Of a DNA stretch of 29,656 nt, positions 20,993-29,656 are shown in pieces. The notes under the pieces were generated by a model that had not been told where the DNA came from, did no database searches, and worked only from the letters and a program-made list of their open reading frames with translations. The position numbers were made by a program, and so were the translations under genes. Positions within the stretch are counted from its first letter, which is position 1; each line of letters opens with the position of its first letter. The DNA is taken from the NCBI RefSeq assembly GCF_006345805.1, contig NW_021832933.1:1-29656 (forward strand), written 5' to 3'. The stretch comes from Octopus sinensis. Lineage: Eukaryota.

Positions 20993-21870
20993 AGGCGACG
21001 AGCTGGCCGAAACGTTCGCGCGCCTTGCGAAATGCTTAGAGGTATTTCGTCCGCCGTTACGTTCTGAGTTCAAATTCCGCCGAGGTCGACTTTGCCTTTC
21101 ATCCTTTCGGGGTCGATTAAATAAGTACCAGTTACGCACTGGGGTCGATATAATCGACTCAATCCCTTTGTCTGTCCTTGTTTGTCCCCTCTGTGTTTAG
21201 CCCCTTGTGGGTAGTAAAGAAACAGGTATTTCGTCTGCCGCTACGTTCTGAGTTCAAATTCTGCCGAGGTCGACTTTGCCTTTCATCCTTTCGTGGTGGA
21301 TTAAATAAGTACCAGTTACGCACTGAGGTCGATATAATCGACTTAATCCGTTTGTCTGTCCTTGTTTGTCCCCTCTGTGTTTAGCCCCTTGTGGGTAGTA
21401 AAGAAATAGGTATTTCGTCTGCCGCTACGTTCTGAGTTCAAATTCCGCCGAGGTCGACTTTGCCTTTCATCCTTTCGGAGTCGATTAAATAAGTACCAGT
21501 TACACACTGGGTTCGATGTAATCGACTTTATCCGTTTGTCTGTCCTTGTTTGTCCCCTCTGTGTATAGCCCCTTTTGAGTAGTAAAGAAATAGTTATTTC
21601 GTCTGTCTTTACGTTCTGAGTTCAAATTCCGCCGAGGTCGACTTTGCCTTTCATCCTTTCGTGGTGGATTAAATAAGTACCAGTTACGCACTGAGGTCGA
21701 TATAATCGACTCAATCCGTTTGTCTGTCCTTGTTTGTCCCCTCTGTGTTTAGCCCCTTGTGGGTAGTAAAGAAATAAGTATTTCGTCTGCCGCTACGTTC
21801 TGAGTTCAAATTCCGCCGAGGTCGACTTTGGCTTTCATCCTTTCGGGGCCGATAAATTAAGGACCAGGTG
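20993..21870 (+). mobile_element. Family A SINE concatemer: head, 4 full 184-bp bodies and a partial fifth
   Basis: Unit starts (G/T)TATTTCGT at 21042, 21226, 21410, 21594 and 21778 (period exactly 184). Confidence 0.93.
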
Positions 21871-22289
21871 CGTAGTGTTTTCTGCGAATAATATTTATCG
21901 ACCATAGAGAAGAGAGAGCTTTAGTGTATTAGTGTGTGCGTGTGTGTACGTTTTCAAATAATCAATCGTTCAATTATTGATTAACCGAGCGAGCACTGTT
22001 ATAACACCAAGACTAGTTCATACCAGACGACTGGCATCAAATATTGAGAGAAAAAATGTATTGTGTTCACACCTTTCACTGCGGTGTGCTGTTTAACACC
22101 TTTGGCAATTCAAACAATAACATTTTAGTTTCTTTGAAATTAACTCAGGTGCTAGTTCTAATTAAGATTCTTGTTAGATGATTTGGTAACCAAGCACTGT
22201 CCTCATATCCTTTAGCTTCCATGGCCTTTTATCTATAAACTAGTTGATACGACCCAGGGTTGTTACTAGTTGGGAAAGGATTTATCTTT

Positions 22290-22620
22290 CCTCTTTTATT
22301 TGTTTCAGTCATTGGACTGTGGCCACGCTGGGGCACCAAACTGTACAGTTTTAGTCGAATAAATCAATAATAGTAACATGTATGTGTACGCGTGTGTGTA
22401 AGTGTATGTGCGTGTGTGTGTATTTTTTGACATTCTGGTACTTATATTATTCTCGTTTGATAAACCGCTAAGTTGCTGGAACGTAAGCAAACCACTACCA
22501 ATTATCAAGTGGTGGACCCGAGGCTGTAGTAGAAGACACTTGCCCAAGATGCCACACAGTGGGACTGAACCCAGAACCATGTCATTGGTAAGCAAGCTAC
22601 TTACCACTCAGCCACTCCGC
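22290..22620 (-). mobile_element. Older, rearranged family B SINE
   Basis: AGAAGACACTTGCCCAAG...GGGACTGAACCC...CTTACCACTCAGCCACTCC head; TTTCAGTCATTGGACTGTGGCCA tail. Confidence 0.8.
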
Positions 22621-23899
22621 GAATAACACAAAATGCGAAGTTGACTTTAGCGGGATACGAACTCGGAAGGTTGGGATCCAGAAGAAATACTGCAAAAACA
22701 CGTAGTTCGCACCGTAGCGTGTCTGCCCATCCACTGCCGTAGAGTAGGGAAAGTAATAAAAAAGTTATGCATAAATTTCAAAGGGAAACATTACTTTCCA
22801 CGATCCTTATTGAATAACTATAGCTTTTAAACGGCTTCCGTGTAGTGGTTTCACTTAAAAACATTCAGCAGTTAATGGTATTTCATTTAAAGCATAAATC
22901 TATAAGAACAAGCTTTCAACATTAATAGTATATGACACTAAATGGACTCAGGTAGCTATTAATTTCTCGTGCCATAAATAAAGGCTTGTAAAAGCTTGAA
23001 TAATCCTTTATGACGTCTTATTGTGCTATTTTCAACGTCAATAGTTTGTTACTTATTGATATATCTCCTGCCATGGCGTGTAGTCTCTGTTGAACAGATA
23101 TTTAGTAGTAATTTGATACTAGATAGCATCAAACCTTTGACAGCAGCCATTGTAATCGGGGTGCTGCGGATGATGTACCATCCGTTTACTGTTTTCTTTT
23201 TTCTCTTTTTATCTCCTTTTCATCTGTAGAGATATATAGTTGTGAATAAAGTCAGGTCTCTGTGAATTATTTATGAAGTAGCGGTAGAGATAGCTTTAAG
23301 GATTGTATCTTGTTTCTTTCCGACAGCAATCGAGCTATGGTTCGGTATTGTTTGTATTCTTTACATCTTTTTTACATGCGAAGTTCACTGAATTACTTGG
23401 AATATTTACATTAAATAGTTACAAGTGTATTAGAAATGTATTACATTATTCCGCGCCGGCCATTGTTGAGTATTATTAATGGATGGGATGGCAGACTATT
23501 AATGATATATTTAATATAGAAAATACTTGCATAACAACTACGTGAATTGGGTGCATTCTGCGTTAGAGATCTTTGGTAGATTTCCAGTTCGATCATTACG
23601 TGTTTTCTTTAAGATAATTCATATATTGTAAAGATTGCAGTAACAGATTTCATATGATTTATTAGCATTGCAAATTTAGTTTTAATTAAAACGATCAATA
23701 AAACAGTGAGCTTAGTATCGTTAGCACACTGGGCAAGATGTTTGCGATAAGCCTTTATATTCTGAGTTCAAATGTCACCGAAGTCGATTTTGCCTTTTAT
23801 TATTTTGTGAACAATAACAAAGTAACCATGTGAGCACTTGAGTTGAGGTAATCGGTTTACATCTATCAAATTTGAAGACCATATGATAAAATTGAAAGC

Positions 23900-24175
<276 letters not shown>

Positions 24176-24588
24176 TTATTCTTTTTACTCTTTTACTTGC
24201 TTCAGTCATTTGACTGCGGCCATACTGGAGCACCGCCTCTAGTCGAGCAACTCGACCCGGGCCTTATTTTTTAAGCCCAGTACTTATTCTATCGGTCTCT
24301 TGTGCCGAACCGCTAAATGACGGGGACGTAACACACCAGCATCGGTTGTCAAGCAATGCTAGGGGGACAAACACAGACACACAAACATATACACACACAC
24401 TTATATATATATATACATATATACGACAGGCTTCTTTCAGTTTTCGTCTACCACCAAATCCACTCACAGGCATTGGTCGGCCCGGGCTATAGCAGAAGAC
24501 ACTTGCCCAAGATGCCACGCAGTGGGACTGAACCCGGAACCATGTGTTGGTTAGCAAGCTACTTACCACAACAGCAACTCCTGTGCCT
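24176..24588 (-). mobile_element. Family B SINE, full length
   Basis: Reverse complement of the family B pattern; embedded in (ATT)n. Confidence 0.92.
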
Positions 24589-24606
24589 ATTATTATTATT
24601 ATTATT

Positions 24607-25138
24607 GAGTGAGAGAGCAGTTCATGCCATCAAAGTGACACTGGGGTAAAATATACGAAGCCCAATATACCCATCATGACTACCCGTCTGATAAAGGTAC
24701 ACCAGGCACATGCATCACAACCATATGTGCGCAACATGGTGATCTCATATCAAGATAAACAGCACATGACCTTGCAGGTGGGACCCAGTAAGAATTTTCT
24801 TCAGGTTGAGTAGCCCATCCTGCTCAAAAGGTCCCTGAATAAGGGTTGTTTAAGGATGTTGAACGAACCACCCATGTTTCCAGAGGTGAATTATTCAAAT
24901 CCCAAAGAATCCCTCTCAACATATGGCTATGATGCTCCCCCACTACTTCTGCTCATGATCAGAGATGCACATATCGTCAGCCACTAAGGGACATGCTCAA
25001 CTGGTTAAGGCCAAACAACTGACAAGCAAATCTGTGGTATTGAGCAGAATATTTGCTGTAGCCCATCTTTTATACCATTAGCCCATCTTTTATACCAGTA
25101 GCCCATCTTTTATACCAGTAGCCCATCTTTTATACCAT
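24607..25138. mobile_element. ~530-bp GC-richer insert in (ATT)n, probable long 3' UTR of a microsatellite-targeting LINE, ending in a 20-bp x4 tandem
   Basis: Sharp compositional boundaries with (ATT)n on both sides; TAGCCCATCTTTTATACCA(G/T) x4 at 25059-25138. Confidence 0.5.
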
Positions 25139-25155
25139 TATCATTATTATTATTA

Positions 25156-25201
<46 letters not shown>

Positions 25202-25205
<4 letters not shown>

Positions 25206-25409
25206 GTTTGACTTTTCCTTTATATTTGCACAAGCTGGCTCCAAGTCTCACCCAGAGACCTCAAGAGACAACAAGCTGGAAGTTCGTGTTGCTGTTATGC
25301 CTAGGGTGCCATATATTTGGTTTAGTACTTAGTGTTGTACTAGTGAATGCCTAAAAAAAACATACGAAAATTATGTTTGTTTTAAAGTGCTCACATGGTT
25401 ACTATGTTA
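25202..25409 (-). mobile_element. (TAA)n-embedded retroelement 3' end, copy 2 (longer)
   Basis: Homologous to 7511-7649 with the same left end and a longer right extension, consistent with 5' truncation on the minus strand. Confidence 0.65.
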
Positions 25410-25503
25410 ATATTATTATTATTATAAATATTATTATTATTATTATTGTTATTGTTATTGTTGTTGTTGTTGATGATGTTTTTGTTGTTGATGATGATGT
25501 TGT

Positions 25504-25535
<32 letters not shown>

Positions 25536-25565
25536 ATTATTATTTGTATTATTATTATTATTATT

Positions 25566-25801
25566 AAGTCAGAAACCTGGCAGAATCGATACTACGGCGG
25601 GAAAAATGCTTAGCGCTATTTTGCCCGTCGCTACATTCTGAGTTCAAATTCCGTCGACTTTGCCTTTTATCTCTTTGGAGTCGATAAATTATGTACCAGT
25701 TGCGCACTGGGATCGATGTAATCGATTGGTCCTCCGCCCCCACCACCAAATTTTAGGCTTTGTGCCTTTAGTAGAAAGAATTATTATTATTATTATTATT
25801 A

Positions 25802-25846
<45 letters not shown>

Positions 25847-26240
25847 AGGCGGTGAGCTGGCAGAATAGTTAGCATGTTGGGCAAAAGGCTGAGCGGAATT
25901 TCCCCCGTCTTTACGTTCTGAGTTCAAACTCCGCCGATTTCGACTTTGCCATTCATCCCTTCGAAGTCGATAACTTAATTGCCAGTTGAGCACTGGTGTT
26001 GATTTCCTCGACCTATCGCCACCCCTAAAATCGCTGGCATTGTGCCAAAACTTGAAGCCATTATTATTTTCATAACTATTAAATCAACAAGCTGGCAGAA
26101 TCGCAACCACGCCGGACATAGTGCTTAACGGTATGTCGTCCGGCTTTATATTTTAAGTTCAAATTTCGCCGAGGATGATTTTGTCTTTCATCGCTTGGAG
26201 GGTGGGATCACGAAATTAAGTAACAGTTAAATACTAGGGT
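25566..26240 (+). mobile_element. Three consecutive older family A SINE copies (about 25566-25779, 25846-26060, 26088-26240)
   Basis: Each has CTGGCAGAAT..., GTTCAAA and a degenerate core; the first two end in the TGTGCC-type old tail. Confidence 0.8.
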
Positions 26241-26453
26241 CGTAAGGGTCCGACGGTCCCTATCTGAAAGTTTGGGTTTTCTTACTGAGTTTTGCTTCGA
26301 CGAGAAGGTTTTTCCCTCTCTCTCAAAAGGTGTCATTACTTTCGAGACAGTACTTCTCTATACACCAAACATTTCGGCTGTTTTCGTTACGCTAGCGCCT
26401 GCCATACGAGCACCAACAATTTGGTGTCTTTGAAAGTCCAGTAGATCTGTCAT
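26241..26453 (-). pseudogene. Tc1-family transposase N-terminal HTH fragment
   Basis: From the ATG at 26453: MTDLLDFQRHQIVGARMAGASVTKTAEMFGV*RSTVSKVMTPFEREGKTFSSKQNSVRKPKLSDRDRRTLT, a typical Tc1-like N-terminus. One stop; truncated at a SINE. Confidence 0.9.
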
Positions 26454-26854
26454 TTTAATGAATCTTAATTACCTTTTTATGATGGTATCTGAAAAGGGAC
26501 AGCAAATATAAGACGGCAAATGACCAGTTCATTAGATAGTGATTTATTGTCGCATTATATTTGTTCCAGGATTCGGTGTTCTCTGTTAAAATTCCACCAA
26601 GGTCAGTTTCGCTTCTATTTTTCGTGATTGATTAAAAAATCCCAAATCCAACCGTTGATGGTGACATGATTCGCGACATTTCTTTCCCTTTCAGAGCAAC
26701 GCTTTGCCGGCAATGGTCCCGAGCTATGAAGAAGGATCCAGGTCAGCAGTCTTTGCTCTGGATAAAAATAGGGGAAAAAAATTCGTATGTGTAGGTACCG
26801 AATAACCTTCCACAATGATATTAGTAGTTTTTTGTGGACGGTATAAAGGATGTG

Positions 26855-27271
26855 AAGGCGGTGAGCTGACAGAATCGTTTGCGCGCCGGGCGAAATGTTT
26901 AGCATATTTCGTCTGCCGCTACGTTCTGAATTCAAATTCCGCCGAGGTCGACTTTGCCTTTCATCCTTTCGGGGTCGATAAATTAAGTACCAGTTACACA
27001 CTGGGGTCGATGTAATCGACTTAATCCGTTTGTCTGTCCTTGTTTGTTCCCGCTTTGTTTAGCCCCTTGTGGGTAGTAAAGAAATAGGTATTTCGTCTGC
27101 CGCTACGTTCTGAATTTAAAATTCCGCCGAGGTCGACTTTGCCTTTCATCCTTTCGGGGTCGATAAATTAAGTACCAGTTACGCACTGGGGTCGATGTAA
27201 TCGACTTAATCCGTTTGTCTGTCCTTGTTTGTCCTCTCTGTGTTTAGCCCCTTGTGGGTAGTAAAGAAATA
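26855..27271 (+). mobile_element. Family A SINE, head plus 2 tandem bodies
   Basis: Junction GAAATAGGTATTTC at 27081-27094; 14-bp TSD GGTATAAA[G/T]GATGT (26840-26853 / 27272-27285). Confidence 0.93.
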
Positions 27272-27619
27272 GGTATAAATGATGTAGCACTGTATACACT
27301 GATTATAAGAGACAGTAATACCAAATTTTCTTGCCAACTGGTCATAATTTACTACATCCAAAGTTTCACTCGATTCTTCCATTTTCCGTCTTTAAAAATT
27401 GCGAAAATGATTGATTTTAAAACAGTTAAAAGACTAGAAATATATGGAGGGTGTTTAATCGATTGCATTAACCAAATGATCGTATTTTTACGTTTAGTAC
27501 CTGTATTTTTTCGATCACGATTGGCAGGTTTAGAAATCAGAAAATAAAGAACCGTAATGAGTATTCTCTAAGTTAGTTTCATCTGAGGCTTTTATAATTC
27601 GGCCAAACCACTTAGATAT

Positions 27620-28102
27620 TTATTGGTTTCAAGTTTAGGGACAAAGCCAGCAATTGCGGGCGGGGGGTGGATTATGTCGATTACATCAATCACAGTACTC
27701 AACATGAAGTTATTTTATCGACGACAACATGATGAACGGCAAAGTCGACATCGGCTGAATTTGAAATCAGAACGTAAATACGCTAAGCAATTTGGCAACA
27801 TGTCCGCGATTCTACAAACTCGCTACTTTCACTTTCAGGAACATTATCGTTTCAAATTTTAGAACAATATTTATTCCAAGTTTAAAATTTCTCTTTTTCA
27901 TAAACCAGTAATTCTGAGGGAGCGGGTAAGTGTATTACATGGACACCACTGCTCAATTCGTATTTATTTCAGGGATTCCGAAAGGATGAAAAGCAAAGCC
28001 GACTTGATCGTAATTGGAACTCACAAGGTATATAGCCGGACGAAATGCCGCAAAATATGTCGTCCGGCGTACTAACGATTGTGCCACCTCCATACCTTCG
28101 CC
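27620..28102 (-). mobile_element. Two older family A SINE copies (about 27620-27825 and 27880-28102)
   Basis: GGCAAAGTCGACATCGGCTGAATTTGAA and CCGAAAGGATGAAAAGCAAAGCCGAC cores with old-type tails. Confidence 0.7.
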
Positions 28103-28371
28103 ACAAATAAAATCATGAAAAGGAGAGAAAATTGGAAACGTGATGCACATTTTTGTAGATGATAACACACGGCCGAGATGACCTACCAGGTACGTCAGCG
28201 AGGGGGAAAGGTTGAAAGCAGAAAATAACATGCTAATAACTATGGAAGTATAATTGATAATAACCAAATGTCAGTGTATACTAGGTCACATGACCTGAAC
28301 GTAAAGGATTCGGCAAGCAGGAAATTGTGAACGTGAATCATTAACGTAGGGGGAAGAAATCGATCAATTGA

Positions 28372-28885
28372 ATAATAATGATAATAATAATCGACCAATT
28401 GAATAACATCAACAACAACTATAATAATGATGATAATAATAATAATAATAATGATAATAAAAATAATAATAATAATAATATAATAATGATAATATAATGA
28501 TAATAAAAATAATAATAAAAAATAATGATATAAACATATTAATAATAATAATAATAATGATAATAAAAATAATAATAATATAATGATAAAAAAAAATAGT
28601 AATGATAATAATAAACTAATGATAATAAAAATAATAATAATAAAAATAATAGTAATGATAAGTAATAAATAATAAAAAATAATTAATAATGATAATAAAA
28701 TAATGATAATAATAATAATATATAAATAATGATAATGAATGATAATAATAATATAATAATAATAATAATATAATAATAATAAAAATAATAAAAATGAAAT
28801 ATAAAAATAATAATAATAATAACAATAATAATAATGATAATGATAACAGAAGTAATAAAAAGAAGGAGGAGGAGTAGGAGGAGTA
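28372..28885. repeat. Degenerate (AAT)n tract ending in (GGA)n
   Basis: Direct reading. Confidence 0.92.
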
Positions 28886-29026
28886 TGGGTTTTTCATAGT
28901 TAACATTGTAAATTTAATGACAAAAAGTTAATCTTTTCATTCGGTTCGGGTCATTGAATCATTTAAACTAAATATTGTATGCGATGTATTTGCATACATA
29001 CATACATCTGTATGTATATATATATG

Positions 29027-29105
29027 TGTGTATATGTGTATTTATATATGTACATATTCGTACGTATGGTTATATTAAATCCTATACAAATACACACATA
29101 AATAT

Positions 29106-29137
<32 letters not shown>

Positions 29138-29275
29138 GTATGAAAAAACAAGTCGAGATAGAAAATGCTAAAATATATATGTTTATATATGTTTATATAT
29201 ATATGTGTGTATTTGTATAGGATTTAATATAACCATACGTACGAATATGTACATATATAAATACACATATACACA
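29027..29275. repeat. Perfect 74-bp inverted repeat with a 101-bp spacer
   Basis: 29027-29100 is the exact reverse complement of 29202-29275, including the non-microsatellite core TTCGTACGTATGGTTATATTAAATCCTATACAAA. Confidence 0.9.
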
Positions 29276-29340
29276 TATGCACACACACACACATTCATAT
29301 ACACACATATATACACACATCCACATACATAGATACAGAC

Positions 29341-29462
<122 letters not shown>

Positions 29463-29656
29463 CCTGATCGATACATATATATTATATATAAATAAACATG
29501 CATGCATGTGTATGCATTCACCGGCTTTTTTTTCTTCTCATAACGAGAGTTCTGCAGGCAATAATTCTTCGGAATGTCATTATAGGGTGGGTCATTTATA
29601 GGTCAACATGGAACATTGAATGGTAATTGAAAACCTGATATATTGAAGGAACGCGA

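Noticed and set aside
21042-21225. Hammerhead ribozyme inside the 184-bp family A unit
   Set aside because: GACGAAA is present on the minus strand, but I found no CUGANGA or covariant core on either strand. Other ribozyme classes were not excluded.
20993-21870. 184-bp and 187-bp arrays as CRISPR-like arrays
   Set aside because: Whole units repeat with no unique spacers, there are no cas genes, and the context is eukaryotic SINE sequence.
28159-28195. Micro-exon between TTTTGTAG and CAG|GTACGT (similar isolated splice-like sites near 12516 and 29600)
   Set aside because: Splice-like motifs alone are expected by chance in AT-rich DNA, and there is no supporting protein signal.

Overview
This is non-coding, AT-rich eukaryotic DNA made almost entirely of microsatellites and transposable-element debris. 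The SINE families match what I recall from Octopus (coleoid cephalopod) genomes; I could not run a database search to confirm this. No intact protein-coding gene is supported, and nearly all ORFs in the track are microsatellite or SINE read-through. Recognisable content: (i) a tRNA-headed SINE (family A), present as monomers and as head-to-tail 184-bp concatemers; (ii) a tRNA/CORE-type SINE with an internal (TA)n(TG)n tract (family B), plus two rarer SINEs; (iii) decayed mariner and Tc1 transposase fragments, a Tigger-like MITE and a hAT/Charlie end; (iv) 3' ends of R4/Dong-like LINEs sitting in trinucleotide tracts. The two most interesting signals are: (a) several unrelated minus-strand type I hammerhead-ribozyme-like motifs beside (TA)n tracts, one inside a 555-bp partial-tandem non-coding element (retrozyme or Penelope-like), one with a G3:C8 compensatory core and one with GGGG in place of GAAA; (b) family A concatemers whose 11 internal junctions all join the SINE tail to the same hairpin-loop position in the SINE head, suggesting self-targeted insertion or a circular RNA intermediate.
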